From Raillietiella orientalis (lineage: Eukaryota), in assembly GCA_036172245.1 (NCBI GenBank), contig JAYWIR010000049.1, positions 1 to 64,000 of the forward strand: a stretch of DNA of 64,000 nucleotides, in the 5' to 3' direction. Shown here one piece after another: positions 1 through 13,480 of this stretch (position 1 is the first letter of the stretch; every line of letters starts with the position of its first letter). The position numbers and the translations under genes are program-made. Below the pieces are notes generated by a model, which worked only from the letters and a program-made list of their open reading frames with translations, made no database searches and was not told where the DNA came from.

Positions 1-1924
1 CTGGTTGCAGCCAGAACCCTCCAAGGCTGGCAAGAAGGCCGTAAGGCATCCGGCCTGCCCTCAGGAGTCCCCCACTTCCGACCCCGAGGTGGAGGCCGGA
101 AGCGCAGCCTTCGTTTCCACGGCACCTTGCAAGAAGTCTGGACGTATGTCCACAAAGCCAAGGAAGCTCGTCTACCCCGTCGAAGGGGAAGAGATGGCTT
201 CCGCAAGCGAGGGTGCCATGAGCGTGGGAAACTCTCGAGACCCTTCGCCCGAGAGACACCCACGCGCGGACACGGAGCGGATGGAGGGGGTGGAGGCTGA
301 ACAGGTGCCTCAGTTGCCTGGGAAGGCCGAAACCCCTATCGACATCCCGCCCGCGTCGCAGGAGGAGGGCTCCCCCACACCTTGATCTTCCCAGCAGTGA
401 TGCCGGGAATCTCCTCCCGCCGTCGTCTCCGCATCGCCGTTTGAAACGTGAACGGCATGACAGACGCCGGCAGGAGACGAGACATGGCCGCCCTTCTCGA
501 GTCTTACGACCTTGCGCTGCTGCAGGAGATCCACGTGATCTCTGCAGAACAAGCGCAACAGATCGAACGGATCTTCGGAGGGCGGCTATGGTACAGGTGT
601 GGAAGAACGAAAAGTTGCAGTGTCGCGTACTTGCTTCGGCCAGCCCTCGAGGCCGCGGCTCACGGCGTACGGTTCGACGATCACGATCGTGTAGGCCAGC
701 TGACTCTCAGGTGGTCCGACTCGATCGTTCTGATCGTCACGAACGTGTACGCACCGAGCGGAAGGAACTGATGAACAGGAGGGCGAGGAAAGAGTTTTTC
801 CTTGCCCTCCGGTGAGACTGGCTGACCGAAGCAGGCGTGCGGAATGCCCATCTGGTTGCAGGCGATTTCAACCTTCGCCTGAAACCAGATGGGCAGAATC
901 CCAAACGTGACCTGGACAACGAGGTGTGCATGGCGGTGCACACCTGTAATCTGTTGGCCAGTGCACCGGGGATGGAAGGCAGCATTGACCACGTGTTTCT
1001 TGACAAGCACCTGTGCCCTCGCGTGGGCAGGCGCGGCAAGTCACCGTGCGAGCTGTCCCACCATCGCCCGCTAGTCCTCGAGATCCATCCGCGCGACAAG
1101 GGCCCCCCCTCGTCAGCGTGACGTCAATCAGGGGACTGGCTGAAGCTCAAGGACGCAGCGGAACATCTCCGCACGTTCATACGGAGCTTAAGGCTGCGGA
1201 CACTCCAGGATTGGGACCGCTTTAAGCGATCGGTCCAGGAGTTCTGCGACCAGTTCCCTCTGCACCGCCTACCTACGGGTTTTAAGAACGGGGTCCGCAA
1301 CGAAGAGGCCTACCTGCAGACCCGTCGTTACGCCAGGACCCCCGACATCCGCAGGCTGGCGGAATACAAAGCGGAAGCCGAGAGGCAAGCCTGGCAGTGC
1401 AAATCGGCCACCTTACTGGACGATCAGGGCCAGGAGCACTCGGCACCTGTCCAAATCCGCGGCCTGCTGCAGAGTTACTACTCCTCCCTGCATGCCAGGG
1501 CACCTCCGGAGAGGAACGCCTCACGACTCCTGCTTCCGAAAGGCGCTCCAGCGATGGAAGAAAAGCAGAGAAAGACCCTCGTCGAGCCTTCCACGATGGA
1601 CGAGATCCTCTCGGCCATCGGAAAGCTCAAGAGGCGAAAGGCTCCAGGGGATGACGGCCTGCCCGCGGAGGTTTATTAAACTTTCGCGGCTGAGCTTACT
1701 CCCCTGGTACAGCAACTCACCTTGCTGATACGCAAAACAGGTGACGTTCCCGCCTCGTTTCGTTCGGCGAAGGTGCGGCTCCTCCTTAAGGGAGGAGATC
1801 TGAGGAGCATGAACAACTGGCGTCCCATCACAATAGTAAATGCGGACGCCAAGCTGCTGGCTAAGGTTTGGGCAGAGCGTCTGGGACGGGTTGCCAACAT
1901 CTTCATCAGCCCGGAACAGACATA
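1..1924 (+). mobile_element. Non-LTR retrotransposon fragment, family A: ORF1 C-terminus (to 385) plus disrupted ORF2 EN and RT N-terminus (ATG at 400), cut at 1924
   Basis: EN motifs NVNGM, LQEIH, NVYAP, AGDFN, IDHVFL; RT-proximal KAPGDDGL and NNWRPIT; stops and frameshifts; closely similar to 16400-18800 and 41030-43418 on the minus strand. Confidence 0.93.
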
Positions 1925-2716
1925 AGTGAAACAGGAGGAGCTGAGCGCTATGACCATCCGCAGCGGCGGTCAGTACATTGAGGTCATCTGCAAACAAGCA
2001 GAGCTGGCTTAGACGACTGCTTAAAACCCTTGCTGCGATGGAAACGCGCAGGCTCCTCCCACTACGGCGGACCGCAGCATGGTGGTCCACCTGTTAGGTG
2101 TTACCGCGCGAATGCGCAAGGAACAGGTTCGCGCCGCGTTGAAGGAATACGGAACGGTCCACGCGCAGTGGACGAAAGTTAGTCCTTTCGAGGACTACAA
2201 GGGGCTGCAACACGGCCTCACGGGTGCGCGCTTGACGGTTTAAGAGGGATGCACTCTTCCCCGCAAGCTGAAGGTCGAAGGCGAAACCGTCGACCTCTGG
2301 TATGTGGCGAAGCCGAAATACTGTGGCTTCTGCAATGCGTCGGGCCACCTCAAAAAGAGGTGTACCAACGAGCAGTGCCCAGTATGCGGAATCATGGGAT
2401 ACACGAGGGAGGTGTGCCCTAAAGCAGCAGTGCGGGTGGTTTCCAAGAGAAACCTTGAAAAACGTGCCCGGCTACCCCAGAAAAGGCTGGCGGCGAAAGC
2501 TGCTTCGAAGGCTGTGCCACCCGCGCCGAAGGCCCAGGCCGCACCCGAGACCTCGGCGAGCAACGCCGAACAAGTCGAGGGAAGAAGCCAGGAGCCTGGG
2601 TGGCAGGTGCCAACGGCCAAAAAATCAACAAAGGAGAGGAGGATGGATACAAAGGTCGCGTACCGCCAGAAAAAACAGCAGGCAAGCGAGCAAATTAAAG
2701 AATGCAGCGTTGTCGG
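1925..2716 (+). pseudogene. Family A ORF1 internal fragment with CCHC zinc knuckles
   Basis: KPKYCGFCNASGHLKKRC..CPVCGIMGYTREVC; inverted near-copy of 38030-38820. Confidence 0.9.
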
Positions 2717-5700
2717 TTATTATGCGGTTGCAGCGAAACGTTTATTATAATATCAACTGGGAACTGTGTTCCCAGGCAAGGGGAACAGAAAATGGGGAGT
2801 AGATTTCCCGGAACGCAGTCCGGGCACACTGAGAGTTCGGAACGGGAAAGGGGGGCACCATTAATAAATAGATCAAGTGGGAGGGCGAGGACAGGGGTAT
2901 ACAGTCTATCTGTTCCTATTCTCAGTACTGGCGGTGAAGGCCGCCGATCTCCGTCCTCACTTCTGCCCAAGATGTGGCCACCCGGCAGCCATTTGTAGGC
3001 TGCAGGCTGCGGTGTCGGGGACCGATGTTGGGAATGCTCGCATCTGCAATACGTGGCGCGCCCTGACAATGGCGCGGACGCAGCAGATGATTGCAACGAC
3101 CGCTCCAAGAGAAAGTCCGCCACGCGTGTAGAAGCGGCGCATCCAATCTAGTGAGGTGTGTCCAGGGTGCAGGAGCGCTGAAGACAGCCGCTGCCACAGC
3201 TCCTGAAGGGCACCGCACTTAAACAGCAAATGCGGTAGCGATTCCACCTCTCTGCATTTGGCACAGTTCGGGGACGCAACTCTCCCGTAAATAGGTGCGC
3301 CCGCTGGTTTCAGTACAAACCCCAATGCACCAGAAGAAAAGCGTCCTGCTTCCTCCGAAGGGGGAAGAGAGTCGCGTATGAACACGCAGAAGGCACCACA
3401 AGTTCATCAATGGGCACCCCGAGGAGCTCACTCCACCGGAGAAGCCCCTTTGCAAGAATGCGAGGTGTGGCAGCGTCTGCCACTTCGCAAGTCCGCCAGC
3501 CGCCCAGCAGTCGGGTTTCGCCTGCGGTTTCGCAAGTGATCTCCCACCTCGCCGGCAGGTCACTGTCATCTCGCACCATCAGTGTACACGGTGCTTCAGC
3601 GAGTGGCGTAGCGGCTAGGCGTGTCCACTGGTCCTGGTCTTCTAGCACCTCCCCCACTGGACAGTATTGGGAAAGTTTTCACGCAACGGAGTTCCAAACG
3701 GGACACATCCTGTTGCCCTGCCCAGGACGATAAGCTTCCTGCCTCCAGGCGTTGAAGTTCGTCGGCTGGCAGGAGATCCACTCATTGTTTCCTAGAAGCG
3801 TGGCGAGCTGCTACAAAGGAAAGCCGTATCCTCTCTGGGCGCGCTCCGTGCGCAGATGCAACGAACGTAGTCCGTCACCACCCGTGCAGCGCCGCAGCAG
3901 CAGCCGCGCTGGAGCACACCAGGGAGTAGTCCAGAGCTGCGCACAAAGTGCCAGCATGCGGAACTGCACTAGCAGTCCGATCCGCTCTAGCGTCAGGATG
4001 CCCAATCCTGCATCCCGCCGAGGAGCCGCGAAGTACTTTGGGCGTATCCTGGACCTCGCCGATCCCCACAGGGCGTTACGCAACAGGCGTTGCGCTAGGC
4101 GCTTAGCCGAGTAGGGAGAGGGACGAACAAGAAAGAGGGGACGGAGGAGGGGGGCAACGAAAATGTTCCACACGAAGGCCCGTTCCGACAGGAGAAACCT
4201 GCCGCCTTGGAACGGGCCCACAGCTGTCTCGGGTTTGTGAAGGCAGTCCGACCACGCTTCTGCTGGACAGAAGGCGCTCAAGGGAACGCCGAGGTACTTC
4301 AAACACCTGCCCGTGGGGATCCCCAGGCGGATCCATTCGGACTGCCCCTCCAACGTAGAGCCAACCGCTACAACGGTTGATTTCGTCCTGTTAACGCTCA
4401 GGCTCGCTACCCGACGAATGAGCTCGAAGAAGTCCTCGAGCCTGGACGCCGGGGTGGGCATGGGCAGCAGCAGGAGAAGGTCGTCAGCATAGGTGGCCAC
4501 GACCGGCGTACCTGCACAGCAGCTCGGCAGGTTGGCTAGCGTCAGCCTGTAAGCCTCCAGCACCAATTCAAAATAGATGCTGAAGAGCAGTGGACTTAAG
4601 CTGTCACCCTGCCTAATTCCTCGTCGTACCGGCACGCCGTACACGCGACAGCCACTGAAAACAATGGGTGTAATCGCGTGGCGCCACCAGGAGCGCAAGT
4701 AGGCCAACAGGGATGCCGAAATACCCAGACGTTCCAAAAGCTCAAGAAGAAGCTTTTGGTTCACGCAATCGAAAGCTTTGTGCAGATCGGCTGCAGCCGC
4801 TAAGGCTCCCGGTGTCTCCCTTTGCGTCCTGCGCCTCCGTCGGTGAGAGATCGAACGCGTTGCTTCCGCACGAGGATCCACCGCCACACGATGCTGCAAT
4901 TGCAGCCATGGGCGGATAAACCAGAGATTCGCGTTTATGGACCGTCCAGGAAAAGCGTACGTCTGCTCCAGTCTTACCAAGGATTCCGCGATCCTACCCA
5001 TCCGCGCCACCGAAAGTTTCGAGAACAACTTGACGTCCGAATTCACTAATGTGATCGAACGCCAGTTGCTCAGTTGGCGCAAATCTCCGCCTTTCGGCAG
5101 TAGACGCACCTTCGCTGAGCAAAACGAGGCGTGAAATCGCCCGATTCTCGCATCAGCGACGAGAGTTGGAGCACCAAGGGGATGAGATCCGCCGCAAAAC
5201 ACTGAAAGAATTCCGCAAGAAGCCCATCTTTGCCTGGCGCTTTTCGTCTCTTGAGCCCCGAGATGGCCGAGGAAATTTCCTCTGCCGTGAAGGGCTCATC
5301 AACACACGCGCGTTCCTCCTCGTCTACAACAGGTGCATCAATTTGCAGAAGCAGCCGGGAGAGGCTGCGTTCCGTCGGTGCCTCTGCATACAGAGAAGAG
5401 TAATAGCGCCTGACTATCCGTCGCACGTCGGCTGGAGCCGAGCATTCCCGGTCCTGGTCGTCGAGCAGAACTGTCGCCCCTGAGTGCCAGACCTGGCGCT
5501 CGGCCTTGGCCTTGTACTCGGATAATCGACCAACGTCCGCGCGCCTGGAAAAGGAGCGGGCCTGCAGAAAATCTTTGCTGTTGGTTACGCCCTTTCCGAA
5601 GCCGCGCGGAAGCTGGTGCAAGGGAAACCGGCAGCAGAACTCGCGGACCGATCTTTTCAGATCGTCCCAGTCCTCGAGCTCACTTATGGCAAAGCCGAGG

Positions 5701-7140
5701 CGGTACTGGCGAAGATACTAAGCCGCCTCCGGGTGGCTTAGCCAGTCTGCCGGCATCCTCCAAATACAGTTTAGAGGCCCCTTGCCTGGCGGCAGCAACT
5801 CGAACTCGAGCCTCTTGTGGCCTGAAAGCACGGACGGCACGGTACCTCTCCGACCCACACGACAGAGCAAGTGTTCATCAAGGTATACGTGGTCCGGCGT
5901 TGCTGCCATAACAGGGTCGCTAGCAAACAAGTTGCACGCGTGCACGGACGCGCCCATCTCTTCCGTTAGCAACTTTTCCCTTTTGTGGGATCTATTCTCG
6001 GAAAGCAGGTGAGCGTTAAAGTCCCCGGCAATGAGATGGGTCACAGTAGGGTGAGATCGAGTGAGCCACTGGCTTTGAAGGGTACCTAAGAACTCAATCC
6101 TTTCGGCCCATCGTCCTGCCCCGCTCGGCGCGTACACGTTGGTTACGACAAGGTCGATCGAGTGGGACCACTTGAATGCAAGCTGTCCCACTCGACATTC
6201 CGTGTCGAAGCGAACGCCGCGCACCGCTCCCGCCAAAGTTCCTCGCATGAGGAAAGCGACGCCGCACGTACGTGCAACGCCGCACCTACAAAGTAGCGTT
6301 CCGCCCGCGCGCCGTTCGATTTCGGCTACCTGCTCTTCGGATATCCTGTGAATCTCCTGCAGGAGCGTCAAGTCGAAGGCGCGCAGAGCGTGAGCCACTA
6401 GTCGCCTCTTCTCCTCGTGTTGGAGTCCGTTGACGTTCCAAGACGTCACGGCAACACGACGAGAAGACGGGATTGCCCACATCACGGCTGGGAAAGCGAG
6501 GCCGTGGTGCTCGCCTCACCCGGCGAGCGGGCAGTAAGGAACACGACGGGCTGGAGGGCGCGGTCGCCGCCGGCCTCAACTGTGCTGCACGTAATCGAGT
6601 GCTCCCCCCCGGGTGCAGAACCTGTGGGTTCCGGGGTGAGCACTCGCCGTTCCGCGGCGAGTGTGTCACGCCTCAGGGCTTCAGCCCTGCGGGCGCTTGC
6701 TCCCGCGCGAGTAACGCGTCGTTCAGCGGCGCTATCGGACTCCTTTGCGGAGTCTGATGCTCGCACGATCGGCGTGCGCTTGCATCCGTCCGATCGCACC
6801 GGAATCGTCTTCTCTGCGGTCATAGAGGCGGACTTGCACGCGTTGACGGCTCTGGTTTTTTCCAAGGCAGAAGAACCCTCCGCGCGTGTTTTCTTGGTCA
6901 CGCGGCTGTTCTTTGCCTTCAAGGAGCTAACGGATGGAAGTTGCGAAGCCTTGTTGGGAGATTTTTCTTTTCTCCTCTTTACAACCTTCCATTCGCCGTC
7001 ATGATTTTCGGACGCTTCCGCGACTTTCCTCTCGGAAACCTCCGGAGTTTTCGCTACCGCCTCTAGGGGCGCTGCTTTCGCCACGCCTTTAAAAGGAGGC
7101 AGCGTTCTCAGCTTCTTGTCAGTCGGGAGATCGCTCCTCT
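2717..7140 (-). mobile_element. Element D1: partial ORF1 (7084-6482), ORF2 (6485-2957, frameshifted) and 3' UTR; 3' half nearly identical to H
   Basis: WNVNGL/LQEIH/AGDFN; DLHKAFD, GIRQGDSLSP, YADD, KYLG; CAKCREVESLPHLLFKC; AATAAA terminus at about 2717-2748; 5' limit uncertain. Confidence 0.92.
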
Positions 7141-7199
7141 CTTACCGAGTTGGTGACCTGGCTTCGAGGTTCATTGCATTGCGCGCACGACGACGGTTA

Positions 7200-10100
7200 A
7201 TCAGTTAATTGTGATCGTGTGTGCCCGGAGAGGGAAATGTCCAGAAAAAAGTGAGTGTGGACTAGAGTGTGCTGCATAGGGTCTGCCCATACAGCTACAA
7301 AAGAAGCGCCGAGGAGATGACGGCGGAAGACCTGCAGTGGTCCCGTGCAGCAAGACCAGCTGCCAGGATGCAGGCACCTGGAGGAGGAATGGAGAGGCCG
7401 TCGTCCCCCATGGAAGCCATGGATAGAACGTGCGGCAACGGCGAAGCGGCGGCAGGCATGCCGAGGATCGCACCCGTTGCGGGCTTTGCTGCGCAGGCGG
7501 CGGCGATGCCAAGAGTCGTGCCCGCGGCGACGGCGGTGGCGGTCGTGCCCGCGGCGGCGACGCCGAGGTTCGTGCCCGCGGCGGGGAAGGACGCGCCTGC
7601 GGCGGCGATGCTGAGGGTGCTGCCGGAGGCGGCAACGGTGACAACATCGAGGGCTGCGCCCGCAGCGGCGGCGTCCCAGGCGGGATCCGCGGGCGTTCAC
7701 GCGGTACAGGGCGTGACACCATCTTGTTCGGCTGCGGCGGCGGAGCCCTTTTCCTATGCGTCGGTGGCGGCTGGACAAGCTAGTGTCCACCCGCGAAGGA
7801 AATTTGGAAAGCCGCTATACGGAAAAGTGCAAAAGGTAGATCGGCCGATCGTCGAGCTAAAGCCGAATCTAAAGCCCGTTATTTTCAAGACTGGGCTGAT
7901 AAAATTTAATAACATCAGGGAGGTGTATCTGTCCCTGGATAAAACAGACATCAACTTTGATCGCATACAGGCGATTATACCCACTAACAGTTTCACAGTA
8001 TTTACAGACTGTGAAAGCATTGGAGAGAGACTGATCCAGAAGGGGATCAATATTCAAGGAAGGATGGTTTGTGGTATTGGCGAGATGCCATACACAACCG
8101 TCTTCATAAACGGCATTTCAATCCTCACCGCAGCTAACGGTGTGGAACTTTTTTGGAGCAGTTTGGGGAGGTTCTGGACCTTGAATTCCAGAACTTCTCT
8201 GGAAATATATTTGCTGACGACATGATCGCTAATATGAAGATGAAGTAGGGAGCTGTTATACCTGGGTTGGCGTTTATTGACGAACAATCCCAGGGAGAGA
8301 ACGTGCGCTACCGGCAACAACCGGTATTATGCACCGGGTGCAAGCAGTTCGGCCACAGGGCCGGCAGTTTCCCGAAATGCCGTTTCTTCCGCTGCGGCAC
8401 AGTAGGACATCAAGTCCGAAACTGCCCGCAACCGGAGGTGTGCTCCTTCTACAAGAAGCACGGACATGCTAAATGGAGCTGTCCGAAATTGGCCAATTGC
8501 AGAAGGATTCGAAGACTCCCGTGAGAGAAAGAAACATCAAGGAGGCCGAACAGCCTCAGAAGTTGGCAGGAAGGCCGAAGAAGGTGAAGGAAGCCGTCCA
8601 GGTATCGACGGACGGCTTCATTGAGGTAGGAAAGAAAGAAAAGGGGAGGATGCTCGTCAAGGAGCAAGAAACCCCTCTTATCCTAGAAGGAGCAGCGCAG
8701 GAAGGCGAAAAGATGGAGGTAGCCCAGGAAGCCACTCCAGTGTCGCTGGAGGCCCTGCAGTCCACGGAGGAGTTGGTAACACTAGCGGAGGAAGTGATGA
8801 AGGTGCAAAGCGGGTCTCAGCAAGAGAAAATCTTGCAGAAGTTCTGCAATGAACAGGACAAGGTGGACCAGGTTGTGGTGGTCACCGAGCACGAGACGCT
8901 AGAAGAACAGCTTCTCGACGTAAAGGCGAACTTCTGCCCCAAGGTCGAGATAGAGGCGCCATCTCGAAAATTGATCGCGAGAGCCAAACACTCTACGGAG
9001 GAGGCGGAAGTAACCGACCTCACTGGAACGGAGAGTGACGCCGGCAGCGAGATTCCCGCTACTTCTTCATCGTCTGGAAGAACACGGTCTCTCAGACAGA
9101 AGAAGCTCAGGAAGGCCAAGAAATAGGTCTTCCCCTTTTATGGCCTCTTCCCTATCGACCGCCAGGAGGCTGAACATCGCCTCCTGGAATGTAAACGGTG
9201 TGGTCGACCAGGGAAAAAGAAAAAGGATTGTGCGGACCATCGCACACCAAGACATAGTGTGCCTGCAGGAGACCCACAAGATGGGTCTCGAGATTAGTCA
9301 GCAAATGGAACGGCGATTCAACGGGCAGATGTTTGTCAGCGAGGGAGAAACGAACACGCAGGGTGTGGCGGTCCTAATAAAGAACCACTTGGCCCCCACT
9401 CTTCTGGAAGTGTTCTGTTCCCAACCCGGACGAATCAACGGCGTGCGACTGGTCTGGTGCGCTACTGTTCACCTCATCCAGGTGAACGTTTACGGGCCGC
9501 AGTGGCTGAAACATCGTTGTGCGGAGGCGCTGCATGCAGCACTCCGTGAAAACGTCGCCCCCAAGGAGTCGTGATTGTTGCTGGTGATTTCAACATGCTG
9601 GATGAGATCACTCATTCCCAAGACGCCAGAGGAACGACGGCGTATCGGCGGCTCTCCGACGAGTTCGGACTGGTGTGGCGAACAGCAAGCCACAAGCCGA
9701 TCGATCACGTCCTCCACAGCACCGAACTAGGGAATCGCATTCAGGGTTTTCGAGACACATTGTTCACTCTGTCCGATCACCGTTGGTGCGGTTTTCCATA
9801 AGAACGGAGAATCCTCGGCGGAGGCAAGGCACCAGGGCGGCGCTCATCAGCGTGCCCACCTAGTTCGGGACACATCCTGGAAATCAGGAGGTTCTGGAGA
9901 CGATTCTGAAGACCACAAAAATCAGAAGAGTCGTTGACTGGGACAGCTTGAAACACAGGATACACCTGTTTGCAAATATGGAATTCGGGGATAAGCGCTT
10001 GAGGCAGGAGGCGTAGCGGGAGCTGAACATCCAAGATCGCTCACTCTCAAAGTACTTCGATCAGTACGAGAGTCCGTACGTCTTCAACAACATAAAAAGG

Positions 10101-10295
10101 AAGTCGGCCTTCTGGAGAAGAGAAATCTGGCAACAGATATCTTCTGCATCCAGTAAGACGGTCGTATGAAGATATCGTGGAAGCCTTTCACAGGCATTAC
10201 ACGAAACACTTCAGGCGAGACAGTCCAAGAGTGGCGCGTTCCTCCTCGTCGACCGCGAAGGAATCCGCCGGCAGAAGCAGCTCCGAGAGACTGCG
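7200..10295 (+). mobile_element. Divergent, lower-GC family Q: ORF1 (about 7269-9126, disrupted, three knuckles) plus ORF2 EN (ATG at 9140), truncated before the RT
   Basis: CTGCKQFGH, RCGTVGHQVRNC, KKHGHAKWSC; WNVNGV, CLQETH, NVYGP, AGDFN, IDHV, SDH; boundaries approximate. Confidence 0.85.
7445..7685 (+). repeat. Degenerate GC-rich coding minisatellite (AAAMPRVVPAA-like units) in Q ORF1
   Basis: Repeated gcggcggcga(t/c)gccgagg..cgtgcccgcg units. Confidence 0.75.
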
Positions 10296-10296
10296 T

Positions 10297-10477
10297 TCAC
10301 ATTCGTGACGATCAGTTCGATCGAGTCGGACCAGCTGAGAATCAGCTGACCGACGCGACCGTCGTCATCGAAGCCCACGCGCTTCACGGCAGCGTCGATG
10401 GCCGGCTTTCCAAAAAACGCGACCCCACAGGTGTTGCGTGCGCCGCATCGTCAATACAGCCGACCCCCTCCATTGTT
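10297..10477 (-). pseudogene. Short G-type endonuclease fragment
   Basis: Matches 52778-52960 (VGQLILSWSDSIELIVTNV). Confidence 0.85.
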
Positions 10478-13400
10478 CGGACGTGCATTCTTGCGCTCCG
10501 TCTTTGGTGCTTCTTTGCGGCTGTTCCTTTTGGGAGTGGTACGATTTTTCATTTGAAAATGAAGCCAGTGCCCACAGAAATGGAGGTGGAGGAATCCCCC
10601 TGCATCGCAGGACCTTCTTCGGGAGGAGTGGAAGCCTCCACCGATCGTCCCTCGTATCCAGCGAGAAGTTTTGCCGCCGTTGCTAAGGCAGCGGCGGATC
10701 ACGGAGCCCCACCCGACGAGGCAGAGCTGCGGGCGTACGCCGCCAGCGGTTACAACCCCCCTCTGGCCTACAAGATGAGTGCCGCGTACCAAGATGGGAC
10801 GGGCTACCAGCTCTGGAGAGAGCTGGAACGCGTAGAGGTCCGAAAGGACGATCTCCTGGCGCTTATGCCAGTGAGCGCGGTAGGCCATTGGGAGGTGCCC
10901 TGCAAGGATGCATCCCTCGTCCAGCGCCTACTACGAACCCATCTGAAAATCAGGGGTAAGGAGGTCGTCCCCTCGGCCCTGGACCAATCGTTCGTGGTCC
11001 AGCTCTCGGGCATTCGGCCGAGAATAACGGACCGCGACATCATTGTTGCACTCGAGGCGTTCGCCACAGGGCACGCGATATGGAGGCGCGCGAATGCGAT
11101 CGATAAAGTCGCGCGCCTCTCTTGCGGACTCCTGACGGCGCGCGTCACCATGGACGACCGGAGGCTCATGGCTTCGCAGATCGTCCTCGATGACGTCGTC
11201 GTCCATCTCCGGTTTGCCTAGCAAACCCCCGCTTGCGGCAACTGCGGGAAGCAGGGCCGCCGTCCGCGGAAGTGCCCAACACGCAGTTGCCGATACCGTA
11301 AGCGGCTCGGCCACTCGATTAACGAGTGCCCCGAGCTAAAACGTAAGAGGAGGGCCAGAAACCTCCCCGCAACATCGCCGTCCGCGCCGACTCCATCCGC
11401 CCCGTCGTTGGGTAAGAAATCCGGCGCGAACGAGGATTCGCAGCGAAGTCAACAGTCCGCTTGCGCGGGCGATTATCAGGGCAATGCTCCACAAAAACCC
11501 GCGCGAAAGGACAAGAAGCTTCTCCAGGCTTTTTCAGTGAAGCCCCAAGCGACCCATCCCGCCGATAACATCGGGCAGGCTGCAAAACCACCACCGCTTC
11601 CGCCCGTTCTCGCTCCGGAGCGAAATAGCGGTGGCACGCCCGGGAAGTCCACCGGAGCGTCGAAAAAGGGGTCGCGCGCTCCTTTGCCCGCGACAGGTAA
11701 GCCGGCCACGGAGGGCCGAACGTCAGCAAAGGTCTAAAAGCCTCGGGCGACCTCCGAGAATCCCGCCACTCTGTCCGCACATTCCGGTAAGGAGGTGCAA
11801 AAGGCAGACGTGGCGAAGGAGACACTGACCTCCACCGCCGTATCCGAGGCATTGGAAAGGATGCGAGGGACCCTAAAAGCCCTCGCGCCTAACCGAGGCA
11901 AACCGGAAGGCAGCGAGGATGGATGGACCTTTGTTGGGGGAAGGAAGAATGAGCGCAAACCGCTCGATCCTTCCCACTTCCCGATCGAAAAGGTAGGCGG
12001 AGTGAAGAGGCAGCCCCGCGCGCCAAGGAAGGCGCAAGATAAAGCCGCTGCTGCCGCCGCGCGCGCAACCGCTAACACCCGCGGCGAGAAGGGAGCTGCC
12101 GAAGCCGTGACCCCGAAAGGGGGATCGGCGACGAAGGCACCCTCTCAGAGTGCTGGACCAGCTCCTGGCTGCCAGGAAAAAAAGCGGCAGGCAAAACGCC
12201 CGCCGCGCGCGCGCAATTCGGACTCCGAGGTGGAGTCCGAGGGCAGCGCTAAGGCTCGCCAAGCCTCGGTCAAGGCCAGTGCTGCGCACAAGCCAAAACA
12301 TGCCAGGCAAGAGCCTGATGCCGGGAACGGTTCCCGATGTTCCGCGGAGCCCGAGGCAATGGTCCTCGACTCCACCGAGCCGGCCGCGAGCGGCGCGGCG
12401 GGGACAGGAAGCGCATGCGCTAACTCATCCGCCGTGCTCCCGGCTGATGCCTCGCCGGACGGGGCGAGGAACGCACCTCCATGTCCGTAGCAGCAATGCG
12501 CGGTCTCGCTTCTTCCCGTCGCGTCCGAGTGGCCTGTTGGAACGTCAACGGGCTGCAGGACAACGACAAGAGGCGATTGGTTGCCAACGTCTTGAGCGAC
12601 TTCGATCTGGCCCTGCTGCAGGAGATTCACGCACTCTCCGAGCAGCAAGCGGCCGATCTGCAAGTTCGCGCAGGCGGGACGCTCCATTGGAGGTCAGGCT
12701 CCCAGATTACCTGCGGAGTCGCATTCCTTGTCCGGGGCAGGGTGGCGGGAGCGGTGCGGAGCGTTTGTTTCGACGAGGAAGGTCGTGTGGGCCAACTTGT
12801 TCTCAAGTGGTCCGAATCGATCAACCTTGTCGTCACGAACGTGTACGCGCCGTGCGGCTCTGCGCGTCACACCGAGAAACAGGAGTTTTTCGAGAGACTG
12901 CGCGACCGCTGGCTCAGCAACTCCGTCCCCGACGTGGCTCACCTCGTAGCCGGATCTTCAACGTCCACGCGTTATCGGAGGAGTCTCACCGCCGCCGGGA
13001 GAAACGGCTGGTGAACGAGGTGTGCGCGTGCGTGCACATCTCGAATTTGCTGGCCGACGATCCCGGGATGCGTGCTTTGCCGGACCATGTGTTCCTCGAC
13101 GATCACCTGCATTGTCGGGTGGGTCGAAGAGGTCCCGTGCCGTCCGAGCTTTTCGACCACTACAGGCTGGAGTTTGAGCTACTTCCGCCTGGCAAGGGCC
13201 CTCCGACGCACGGCTGGAGGTTGCCGGCCGACTGGTTGAGGAATCTGGTGGCTCCGGAGCACCTCCGCCAGCATCTCCGGACATTGGCCGATCTAGAGCT
13301 AGTAGAATGGGACGATCTGAAAAGATCGGTCTGTGAGTTCTGCAGCCGGTTCCCCTTGCCCCTGCTTCCATGTGGCTTCGGGGAAGGCGTGGCCAACAGC

Positions 13401-13480
13401 AGAGAGTTTCTGCAGGCCTCCCAATTCTCCCGATGCCCGGACGTCCGGTACCTTGCGGAGTACAAGTCCAAGGCCAAGCG
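10478..13480 (+). mobile_element. Element J: intact 5' end, ORF1 (10559-12490, disrupted), ORF2 EN (ATG at 12496), truncated before the RT
   Basis: Starts CGGACGTG; ORF1 paralogous to 18977-20242; WNVNGL, LQEIH, NVYAP, PDHVFL. Confidence 0.9.
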
